Source: Fibrobacterales bacterium
GTDB taxonomy: Bacteria > Fibrobacterota > Fibrobacteria > Fibrobacterales > CADBQJ01
Assembly: GCA_017650365.1 (NCBI GenBank)
Contig: JAGCEZ010000055.1
Location: forward strand, 7,453-71,452
Direction: 5' to 3'
Length of the DNA stretch: 64,000 nucleotides
The position numbers and the translations under genes were made by a program. Shown here one piece after another: positions 46,554 through 54,021 of the stretch. Position 1 is the first letter of the stretch. Each line of letters opens with the position of its first letter. The notes under the pieces were generated by a model. The model saw only the letters and a program-made list of their open reading frames with translations, ran no database searches and had not been told where the DNA came from.

Positions 46554-47687
46554 ATGTCGATGAACATGCGCAGACTTTCCCTCTCCCTCGCCGGCGCGCT
46601 CGCGCTCGGCGCCCTCGTCTCCTGCGGCGACTCCGGCAGCGGCTCCTCCTCCGGCGAAGGCGGATCCGGCGGCGGTTCGGGCGCCTCCTCCGGAGACGTC
46701 AAGCGGTCCGTCGAGATCAAAGGCGACACCATCCGCTACGCCGAGGAGCGCGGCGCGAAGGTCTTCGCGCACGACGAGTCCGCGCGCGTCCTCTCGGTCG
46801 CCTCGCCCGTCGACGAGTACTGCGTCCTCGAAGGCGCCTCCGTCTCCTGGAAGGCCGTGCGGGAATATCCCGACACGACGACGTTCTCCTGGTCCTTCGG
46901 CGCGGTCACGACCGAGATGGCCGGCATCCTCAAGGGGCTGGGCTACGACGTCGACGGCAAGGTCCTCCTCGTCCTGGAGGAAGCCGGGTTCGAGGGCCAG
47001 GGCGACATCCTGCTGGGCCGCGACTCCTCCTCCGTCTTCGGCGAATGGGCCTACACGCCCTGCTACACGGACGCAAGCGGCGGCTTCCGCTGCTCCAACC
47101 GCCACGTCGAGGGAAGCCTGAAGATCGGCAAGAGCTCCATGACGCGGAAGGAGTCCTACGACGTCGCCAAGGGCGACTACCTCTACGACGACCCCTTCGG
47201 GTCGCGCTTCATGAGCCTTCTCTACGACAACCTCGCCGGCGGCAACTACTTCGCCGAGCTCGAGGCGGGCGACCTCTTCCTGGAGGACACCGGGGCGGTC
47301 GCGCGCAGCGTCGCGAACGACGGCGTCGAGATCACGGCGCGGGCGGAGAAGTCGCAGACGTTCAAGATCGGGCTGAAGACCTACACGGTCGAAGTCCTCA
47401 AGAGCTCCGGCGAGTTCCGGAAGGCGACCGGCGGGCTCGACTACTCCGCGGTCGTCGAAGTCTCCGACGGATCAGAGACCTGCCGGATCGACATCCGCTC
47501 GGTCACCGCGGTCGGCGAAGACCTCTGCGCCGGCAAGAACATGGATGGTTTCAAGTGGAGCCGCGGCGAGGACGTCGACGGGAACGAGTTCGAATACGCG
47601 GACGGAATCGTCCTGGGCGACGCCGCCGCGCACGAAGCCTGCATGAAGCGCATCGCCGCGATCGGTCCCGACCCGGCCGGGCGCTAG
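46554..47687 (+). CDS. Lipoprotein of unknown family (paralog B)
   Basis: ..RRLSLSLAGALALGALVSC/GDS lipobox. Same conserved blocks as paralog A. Start ambiguous among ATG 46554/46560/46566, with a GGAG at 46550-46553 favouring 46560. Confidence 0.7.
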   Translation: MSMNMRRLSLSLAGALALGALVSCGDSGSGSSSGEGGSGGGSGASSGDVKRSVEIKGDTIRYAEERGAKVFAHDESARVLSVASPVDEYCVLEGASVSWKAVREYPDTTTFSWSFGAVTTEMAGILKGLGYDVDGKVLLVLEEAGFEGQGDILLGRDSSSVFGEWAYTPCYTDASGGFRCSNRHVEGSLKIGKSSMTRKESYDVAKGDYLYDDPFGSRFMSLLYDNLAGGNYFAELEAGDLFLEDTGAVARSVANDGVEITARAEKSQTFKIGLKTYTVEVLKSSGEFRKATGGLDYSAVVEVSDGSETCRIDIRSVTAVGEDLCAGKNMDGFKWSRGEDVDGNEFEYADGIVLGDAAAHEACMKRIAAIGPDPAGR

Positions 47688-47693
47688 CGCGGT

Positions 47694-48806
47694 TCAGCGG
47701 CGGCCGAAGAACCGCCTGCAGGGCTTCTCGATTCCGTAGTGCAGCGCGGCCGCCAGGGCGCACGTCCAGACGGCCGCGACCGCCAGCCTCGCGAAATCGC
47801 CGGCTCCGTCCAGAAGATCCGTGTTCGCCTCGAGGATTTCGACCGGACGCCACGAGAAGAACTGCGCCAGGAAGAACGCGTAGGCGTTCTCGGCCAGGAC
47901 CCCGGCCGCCTTCGGGACGCGATTCCCGCCGTGGCGCGTTTCAAGCCTCGCGCACAGGTACAGCACGGTCCCGAAGCAGGGGATGGCGGCGAAGTTGAAC
48001 AGTTCGACGCACGAGCGCAGGTTCCGGACCCAGAGTTCGATTCCCAGCGGCAGCGCGAGGCAGCAGGCGAAGACCGCCCACCGGAGGTTCACCGGGATTT
48101 CCTTGCCGGAATCTTCGGCGAAGAGCCTGCCGACGACCACGCCGATCGAAAACTCCGCCAGGCGCAGCAGCGGGTTCGCGTAGATGTCCGCGAAGCCGAA
48201 GCGGTAGGCGGGCAGGAACGCGTAGCTCGAAACGCAGTAGAGGGCGCCCGCCAGCAGAAGGGCGTTCCGGCGGGACGCGCCCGCGACGACCGCGGAAACG
48301 TAGGGATAGAAGAGATAGCAGACGAAGATGCAGGAGACGAACCACGTCCCGTCGTTGTGCAGGAACGAGAACGAGCCGGCGAAGACGGACTGGAGCATCG
48401 GGAGCTCCACGGGCGCCGCGACGAGGTTGTCCAGCGGCCCGACGGCGCCGGCGGCGCGCATGCCCGGAATCCGGGACGCCGCGAACCCGTCCAGGAGCCA
48501 GAGGGCGTAGACGGCGGCGTAGAGCGGGTAGATCGCCGCGAGCCGCCTCTTCAGGAACGCGCCGACGTCGCCGAGGCCGGGACCTTGCGCGAACCTTCCC
48601 CTTCTCCAGTCGACGTAGTAGAGGCAGAAGCCGCTCAGCATGAAGAAGGCCACCATGAAGACGTGGCCCTTGCCGACGAAGCGGTCCAGGAACCCGTAGT
48701 CGACGCCGAGCTGGATGTTCGAGTGGAAGAGGAACACCATCAGCGCGCAGAGGGCCCTGAAGAGGTCGATCGAACGCAGGCGTCCGCCGCGCGGCGCGTT
48801 TTCCAT
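47694..48806 (-). CDS. Acyltransferase family 3 (OafA-like) integral membrane protein
   Basis: ..RLRSIDLFRALCALMVFLFHSNIQLG.., about 10 TM segments, 370 aa. Confidence 0.85.
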   Translation of the reverse strand: MENAPRGGRLRSIDLFRALCALMVFLFHSNIQLGVDYGFLDRFVGKGHVFMVAFFMLSGFCLYYVDWRRGRFAQGPGLGDVGAFLKRRLAAIYPLYAAVYALWLLDGFAASRIPGMRAAGAVGPLDNLVAAPVELPMLQSVFAGSFSFLHNDGTWFVSCIFVCYLFYPYVSAVVAGASRRNALLLAGALYCVSSYAFLPAYRFGFADIYANPLLRLAEFSIGVVVGRLFAEDSGKEIPVNLRWAVFACCLALPLGIELWVRNLRSCVELFNFAAIPCFGTVLYLCARLETRHGGNRVPKAAGVLAENAYAFFLAQFFSWRPVEILEANTDLLDGAGDFARLAVAAVWTCALAAALHYGIEKPCRRFFGRR

Positions 48807-48816
48807 GCGGGCTTTC

Positions 48817-50067
48817 CTACCGGGCTTTCCGGAGACCGGGTCCGGGAATCGTCATTTCGGGCGCGGAGGCGCTGCGGCGCGCGACGAGGCGACGCTGCAG
48901 GCCCGCGAAATCGGGGGCGGGCGGAGGCGCGGGCCGCGCGGCGGAGGAGTCCGGGAGCGCGGAGGCGGAGGAGTCCGCCGCGGAGGAACCGGCCGGGGCG
49001 CGCGCCAGCGCGTAGGCGGCCGCGAGCTGTTCGTCCGGATCGGAGACGAGCGTGTCGGGCTCGATCCCGACGCCGTGGTACGTCCTGCCGTCGGCCGCGG
49101 AGAAGATCACCATCGACGTGACCGACAGCATGCCGCCGTGCGGCCCGTCGAGCAGGCTCTGCCCGATTCCCTTGCCGTAGCTGCGCGTTCCGACGACCGG
49201 GATCTTCGGGTCGGCGGCGGACTGGACGGAGGTGGCCACGAGCTCGGCGCAGCTGGCCGACCCGCTGTCCTGCAGGACGACCCAGCGGCGCCCTTCGCCG
49301 CGGCCGCCGTCGGCGCCGACGACCGTGGTGTACTCGGGCACGTCCGCGTTCAGGCGCGACCAGCCGCGCCAGAGGACGAAAAAGGGCTGCGCGCCCAGAA
49401 TCTCGTCCGCGACCCCCATGCAGGCCGCGTAGTCGCCGCCGGGATTGCCGCGCAGGTCGAGGATCGTCGCCCTGTCCGACGCCGTAGCGTCGAGCGCGTC
49501 GAGGAACTCGCTCCACGTGCCCGCGGTGTCGCCCGATTCGCGCCCGACGGAGTGTCTCCGGAAACTGGAGATCTGGACGAGCGCGACCTCGTCGTCGAGC
49601 CGCTCCACGAAGACCGTCGTGTCCACGGTCGCCTCGTCCGCCGTCCAGTAGGCGTGGGCCTGCGCGGAGTCGAGATAGCGCGAGAACGGATCCAGGAACC
49701 CTTCGGACGCGCCGACGGCCCGGACGTCGGAGAGCACCTCGGGAATCGAGCCGTACCTCCACCAGTCGCCCAGGCCCGGGCCGTAGGGGTGGAGGAACGC
49801 CGTGTAGTACCAGACGAAGTAGAACTCCTCCAGCGGGGCGCCGGTCAGCGCGTTGCGCGCGGAGGAGGGGCGCGAAGCCTCCAGGGTTCCGGCCGGGGTT
49901 CCGGGACCGGGGATCTCCCCGCCGTCTCCGGGCTTCGACGACGACAGGCCGCCGCCCCCGCCGACCGAGACCGCGGTCGGGCCGTCGTTCGCGGAGCACG
50001 AGAGGAGAAGCGCAGCCGACGCGGCGAGGAAGAGAAGAAGCGCGCGGAACGTCCGGTTCTTCGCCAT
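48817..50067 (-). CDS. S41-family (C-terminal processing type) serine peptidase, lipoprotein
   Basis: LLLSC/SAND lipobox. ILDLRGNPGG, DSGSASCAELVA (nucleophile Ser region) and GTRSYGKGIGQ (Lys) motifs. Confidence 0.8.
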   Translation of the reverse strand: MAKNRTFRALLLFLAASAALLLSCSANDGPTAVSVGGGGGLSSSKPGDGGEIPGPGTPAGTLEASRPSSARNALTGAPLEEFYFVWYYTAFLHPYGPGLGDWWRYGSIPEVLSDVRAVGASEGFLDPFSRYLDSAQAHAYWTADEATVDTTVFVERLDDEVALVQISSFRRHSVGRESGDTAGTWSEFLDALDATASDRATILDLRGNPGGDYAACMGVADEILGAQPFFVLWRGWSRLNADVPEYTTVVGADGGRGEGRRWVVLQDSGSASCAELVATSVQSAADPKIPVVGTRSYGKGIGQSLLDGPHGGMLSVTSMVIFSAADGRTYHGVGIEPDTLVSDPDEQLAAAYALARAPAGSSAADSSASALPDSSAARPAPPPAPDFAGLQRRLVARRSASAPEMTIPGPGLRKAR

Positions 50068-50077
50068 CCGGAACCTC

Positions 50078-50656
50078 CTATTCCCCGCGGCCCTCTTCCC
50101 GCCCCTCGCGGGCGGCGAGCCTCGCCTTCCGCCGTTCGGCGCGGTCGCGCAGGAACTTCGCGTTCTTCGCGCGCATCGCCCAGTAGGCGAGGAAGTAGAA
50201 GAGGACGGCGAATGCCGTCGCCACGATCGTCATCCCGACGACGAAGGCGAGGAGGTGGTCGCCGGCCACGGAGGCGAGCATCTTCAGCGTTTCGGGCGTC
50301 TCCGCCAGGCTCATCCCCTTCAGCGTCCCCAGGAGGTCGATCGCCAGGGGGCGCGTCTCGACGATGTGCCGCCCGGTCCAGTAGCCCAGCGGGTAGAAGA
50401 AGGGGAAGATCGTCGGGGGGACGGCGATGAAGGAGCTGATGCAGCCCGGGAGCTTCGGGAGCTTGAAGAGTTCGAGCGTGGCGATGGTGAGGACGAGCGC
50501 GACGCCGAAGGTCGGCATCAGCCCGATGAAGACGCCGACGGCCACGGAGAGCGCGACGGGGTTGGCCCCCTCGCGGCGCGGCAGCATCTTGTGCCACCAG
50601 AGCCGCCCCAGCCGGGGGAGCTTCGGGTGCTTGAGCCGGACGTTTCCGAAAATCAT
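50078..50656 (-). CDS. DUF2062-family membrane protein
   Basis: MIFGNVRLKHPKL..NPVALSVAVGVFIGLMPTFGVALVLTIA.. ATGA overlap with the DJ-1 stop. The longer track ORF (to 51274) is out of frame with the DJ-1 gene. Confidence 0.7.
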   Translation of the reverse strand: MIFGNVRLKHPKLPRLGRLWWHKMLPRREGANPVALSVAVGVFIGLMPTFGVALVLTIATLELFKLPKLPGCISSFIAVPPTIFPFFYPLGYWTGRHIVETRPLAIDLLGTLKGMSLAETPETLKMLASVAGDHLLAFVVGMTIVATAFAVLFYFLAYWAMRAKNAKFLRDRAERRKARLAAREGREEGRGE

Positions 50657-51213
50657 GCGAACAGCGCCGAAACTCGGACCTTTTCCGCGGTCTCTTTCCC
50701 CTCGAGCGCCTCGAGGAGGGCGAGCCCGAACTCCGCGGCCGTCCCGGCCCCGCGGCTCGTGATCAGGTTTCCGTCCACGACGACGCGGTCCTGCAGATAG
50801 GTCAGGGAACCGTCGTCGAGCTTCGCCTGTTCCGCGGGGAAGCTGGTGATCCTGCGGCCTTTCAGGATCCCGGCGCGCTTCAGGACTCGGGGCGCCGCGC
50901 AGATCGCGGCCACGATCCGGCCCTTCGAGGCGTACGTCCAGACGATCTCCAGGACCCGCTCGTCCGCTTCGAGGCGCGCGGTTCCGGGCCCGCCGCCCGG
51001 GAGGAGCACCGCGTCGAAACCGTCCGCGGAGACCTCGTCCAGCGTCGAATCGGCGGAAACGGAGATGCCGTGGGCGCCTTCGACGTCCCACGATCCGTCG
51101 TCGGCGATCGAGCAGAGGACCACCTCGACGCCGCCGCGGCGCAGAACGTCGACCGGAACGACCAGTTCGGTCTCCTCGAATCCCTCGGCCATCAGGGCGA
51201 GCACGCGTTTCAT
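50653..51213 (-). CDS. DJ-1/PfpI (YajL/ThiJ-like) family protein
   Basis: MKRVLALMAEGFEETELVVPVDVLRRGG.., nucleophile elbow AAICAAP, ..ITSRGAGTAAEFGLALLE.. Confidence 0.88.
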   Translation of the reverse strand: MKRVLALMAEGFEETELVVPVDVLRRGGVEVVLCSIADDGSWDVEGAHGISVSADSTLDEVSADGFDAVLLPGGGPGTARLEADERVLEIVWTYASKGRIVAAICAAPRVLKRAGILKGRRITSFPAEQAKLDDGSLTYLQDRVVVDGNLITSRGAGTAAEFGLALLEALEGKETAEKVRVSALFA

Positions 51214-51218
51214 ATCGG

Positions 51219-51226
51219 CAAAGATA
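51219..51226 (-). promoter_or_regulatory. -7 box TATCTTTG for the DJ-1 operon (leaderless geometry)
   Basis: Minus strand reads TATCTTTG-ccgat-ATG(51213); perfect TAnnTTTG. Confidence 0.6.
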
Positions 51227-51235
51227 GGAAGTTTC

Positions 51236-51243
51236 TAGTTTTG
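51236..51243 (+). promoter_or_regulatory. -7 box TAGTTTTG for hslO-thrH (leaderless geometry)
   Basis: TAGTTTTG-cgccc-GTG(51249); perfect TAnnTTTG. Confidence 0.6.
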
Positions 51244-51248
51244 CGCCC

Positions 51249-52121
51249 GTGAAAGAGACCATCATCCGGGCCACCGGAAAGACCGTTCCCCTCCGCTATG
51301 TCGTCGTCTCGCTCCGCGAGGCGATGGACGAGATCGGCGCCCGCCACGGGGCCGAGGGCTGGATGCTCGAACGGATGTCCGAGTGCGCCATCGCATCGTT
51401 CTTCCTCAGCTCCTCGCTCAAGTGCGCGGGGGCGCTCAGCCTGATCACCTACTGGGACGGCGAGGTTTCGCGCATCGAGTCCGACACCACGCCCATGGGC
51501 CTGGTCCGGGCCCGCGCCATCCACGACGAGGTCCTCGCGCTGGGACCGCGCGTCCCCAAGGCGACCCCGGTCCGGATGGAGACCCGCCGCTTCGACGAAA
51601 AGGGCAAGATCCTCGCCCACAGCGTGGTCAACATGGGCAAGGCCTCCGTCGCGCAGAACCTGGCGGTCTACCTCTTCCAGTCCGAACAGGTGAAGGCGGC
51701 CGTCGGCATCCAGGCCGTCGCCGACCCGGAAAATCCCGCCCGCCTGAAGATGGCCGCCGGCTGGATGATCGAGGCCTTCCCCGACTGCGACGCCGCGTCG
51801 CTGGCCAAGGCCGAGGAGGTCGCGCGGAACCTTCCGCCCCTCGAGGCCTTCCTGACGCCCGAAGGGTTCGACGAGCACGCCCTGCTCTCCGCGCTCGCCG
51901 GGGACGTGGACGTGCAGATCCACCGCGAAATCGACCCGAAGCCCTTCTGCCCCTGCTCGCGCGAACGGATGCGCAACAACGTCATCGCGCTCGGGAAGAA
52001 GCAGCTCCTGGCCCTCCGCGACGAACAGCACGGCGCGCAGGCGGTCTGCGAATTCTGCCGCACCGAATACGACTTCACCGAGGCCGACCTCGACGAGATG
52101 ATCCGGGGACTGGGGAAATGA
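51249..52121 (+). CDS. hslO: Redox-regulated chaperone Hsp33
   Basis: C-terminal zinc switch CPCS..(25 aa)..CEFCRTEYDF. GTG start 5 nt after a TAGTTTTG box. Confidence 0.88.
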   Translation: MKETIIRATGKTVPLRYVVVSLREAMDEIGARHGAEGWMLERMSECAIASFFLSSSLKCAGALSLITYWDGEVSRIESDTTPMGLVRARAIHDEVLALGPRVPKATPVRMETRRFDEKGKILAHSVVNMGKASVAQNLAVYLFQSEQVKAAVGIQAVADPENPARLKMAAGWMIEAFPDCDAASLAKAEEVARNLPPLEAFLTPEGFDEHALLSALAGDVDVQIHREIDPKPFCPCSRERMRNNVIALGKKQLLALRDEQHGAQAVCEFCRTEYDFTEADLDEMIRGLGK

Positions 52122-52732
52122 GCGAAAAGCAGAACATCGTCGTGATGGACCTCGAAGGGGTCCTCGTCCCCGAAATCTGGATCGCCTTCGCCGAAAAGAC
52201 CGGCATCCCCGAACTCCGCCGGACCACGCGCGACGAGCCCGACTACGACAAGCTGATGCGCGGCCGCCTGAAGATCCTCGACGACCGCGGGCTCGGCCTG
52301 CCCGACATCCAGGAGACGATCGGCTCCCTCCGCCCGCTCGACGGCGCGAAGGAGTTCATCTCCCGGCTCCGCGAAGAGACGCAGGTGATCATCCTCTCCG
52401 ACACCTTCGAGCAGTTCGCCGCGCCGCTGATGAAGCAGCTCGGCTGGCCGACCCTCCTCTGCCACCGGCTGGTGACCGACGAAACGGGCCGCATCGTGGA
52501 CTACAGGCTGCGGATGCAGAACCAGAAGATGCGCGCCGTGGAGGCGCTCCAGTCGCTCAACTACCGCGTGATCGCCTTCGGAGACTCCTTCAACGACACG
52601 GCGATGATCGGCAAGGCCGACTGCGGCTACCTCTTCCACGCGCCGCAGAACATCCGGGAGCGGTTCCCGCAGTTCCCCGCGTTCGACGACTACCCCGAGC
52701 TGCTGGCCGAAATCGAGTCGCAGCTGCGCTGA
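52118..52732 (+). CDS. thrH: ThrH-type HAD phosphoserine phosphatase/homoserine phosphotransferase
   Basis: MDLEGVLVPEIWIAFAEKTGI..ILSDTF..LLCH..FGDSFNDTAM..LFHAP is near-colinear with Pseudomonas ThrH as recalled from memory. ATGA overlap with the hslO stop. Confidence 0.88.
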   Translation: MSEKQNIVVMDLEGVLVPEIWIAFAEKTGIPELRRTTRDEPDYDKLMRGRLKILDDRGLGLPDIQETIGSLRPLDGAKEFISRLREETQVIILSDTFEQFAAPLMKQLGWPTLLCHRLVTDETGRIVDYRLRMQNQKMRAVEALQSLNYRVIAFGDSFNDTAMIGKADCGYLFHAPQNIRERFPQFPAFDDYPELLAEIESQLR

Positions 52733-52779
52733 ACGCGGCGAAATCGCCTCAAAAACCGAAATTCCGGCGCGAGAACGGA

Positions 52780-52808
52780 GTGGCCACAGCGGTGACCACT
52801 TCTTTTTT
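52780..52808 (+). terminator. Intrinsic terminator after thrH
   Basis: GTGGCCAC-agcg-GTGACCAC (8-bp stem with one C/A mismatch) followed by TTCTTTTTT. Confidence 0.65.
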
Positions 52809-52849
52809 AGGAAGCCCTTGGACAGGAGGCGGGCGCCCCTTTGTCTCGC

Positions 52850-52857
52850 TATTTTTA
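52850..52857 (+). promoter_or_regulatory. -7 box TATTTTTA before the candidate small ORF
   Basis: TATTTTTA-caaac-ATG(52863). Confidence 0.45.
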
Positions 52858-52862
52858 CAAAC

Positions 52863-53072
52863 ATGAAGACGCAGGAACTCCGTACTCTCGTCGAAGCCTC
52901 CTCCGCCACGATGGTCGCCAGCCATCAGGCCAAGCTTCGGATGTACCGGAACGAAATCGACCGGCTGATCGCCCAGCCCGCCGCGCCCGCCTTCCCGACG
53001 CCCCGGGCCCGCCGCAGGGCGCTGAGCCGTTTCGTTCCGCAGTTCGTCCTCTTCTGGATTCTCTTCCGCTGA
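52863..53072 (+). CDS. Candidate small (69 aa) leaderless protein with hydrophobic C-terminal tail
   Basis: The ATG is exactly 5 nt after TATTTTTA (52850-52857), the same geometry as hslO and DJ-1. About 85% G/C at third codon positions. MKTQELRTLVEASSATMVASHQAKLRMYRNEIDRLIAQ..FVPQFVLFWILFR. No homolog recognised. Confidence 0.4.
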   Translation: MKTQELRTLVEASSATMVASHQAKLRMYRNEIDRLIAQPAAPAFPTPRARRRALSRFVPQFVLFWILFR

Positions 53073-53166
53073 GAAGAGTCTCCGGACCGGCGCGTTGGAC
53101 GAAACTCCCCCTTTTTCGTTCGTGCGAAGGGGAGGAAACGGGCCGATTTTCCTAATTTCCTCCAAG

Positions 53167-54009
53167 ATGAGCAGCCAGCACCGTTTTCCGCGTTTCCGTC
53201 CCGTTTTCGGCGTTTTGGCCCTTCTCTGCGCCTTCGCCTGGGGAGCGGAACCCGCTTCGGAACCCGTTTCCGGGGCCGCGGACATCGACGGCGGCTCCAC
53301 GAATCCGGCCGCCGCCCAGGCCGAAAAGAAGTCCTTCCGCACCTATCTCTTCGAGGATCTCCTCCCCGTTTCGCCCGAAGAGTACATCTCCAAGGGGCGG
53401 ATCACGGCGGGCACCCAGGTCTCGCTGATGCAGGCGACCATCAGCGACCTCGACATCTCGCTGGCCGACATCTACGAACTGGACGGCTACATCCTGAACG
53501 TGGAGGCCTTCGGCGCCTGGTTCTTCCGCGACGCCGTGGCCGTGGGGCTCCGCGCCGGCTACAGCCGCACCGAATACACCTTCGACTTCGAGGTGAACGA
53601 GGACCTGACCGACCTGGCGCAGGACCGCGACTTCGTCAGCAACGGCTTCTCGCTCACCCCCTACCTGCGCTACTACCTCAAGCTCTTCCCCACGAGCGCG
53701 TTCTACTTCTTCAGCGAAATCGACCTGACCTACGAATACTCCACCGGTCTTTCCGCGGTGGACGACGGGGAGAACCTCGACAAGACGCGCACCACGACGC
53801 ACGTCATCGAGGCGGGCGTCAACCCCGGCGTGGCGATCTTCATCCTGAAGGGGTTCGCCTTCGAGACCTCCGTCGGCCTGCTGGGCCTGAGCACCGGCAT
53901 CCGCGAAATCGAGACCAACGGGACGTCGAAGAGCGAGATCGTCACGAACATCATCAACTTCAGGATCAACCTGCTGGCGCTCAACTTCTCGCTGGCCTAC
54001 TACTTCTAG
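53167..54009 (+). CDS. Small outer-membrane beta-barrel protein
   Basis: Signal peptide ..VFGVLALLCAFAWG/AE. Alternating amphipathic strands. C-terminal ..NFSLAYYF with a terminal aromatic residue, typical of OMP barrels. Confidence 0.65.
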   Translation: MSSQHRFPRFRPVFGVLALLCAFAWGAEPASEPVSGAADIDGGSTNPAAAQAEKKSFRTYLFEDLLPVSPEEYISKGRITAGTQVSLMQATISDLDISLADIYELDGYILNVEAFGAWFFRDAVAVGLRAGYSRTEYTFDFEVNEDLTDLAQDRDFVSNGFSLTPYLRYYLKLFPTSAFYFFSEIDLTYEYSTGLSAVDDGENLDKTRTTTHVIEAGVNPGVAIFILKGFAFETSVGLLGLSTGIREIETNGTSKSEIVTNIINFRINLLALNFSLAYYF

Positions 54010-54021
54010 GGAGGGGGAACG

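Noticed and set aside
45645-50430. ORFs 45645..47105 (-), 45851..47998 (+, 715 aa), 47739..49121 (+), 48715..50430 (+), 48740..49999 (-)
   Set aside because: They overlap the lipoprotein paralogs, the acyltransferase and the S41 peptidase in wrong frames, with no motifs and R/G/P-rich composition.
52749-53342. Minus ORF 52749..53342 (197 aa), the 84-aa and 104-aa plus ORFs starting at 52818/52841, and the ORF-track start 53095 for the OMP
   Set aside because: The minus ORF spans a terminator, a promoter box and the 5' end of the OMP gene, with poor codon bias. Starts at 52818/52841 lie upstream of the TATTTTTA box. The OMP signal peptide begins at ATG 53167.
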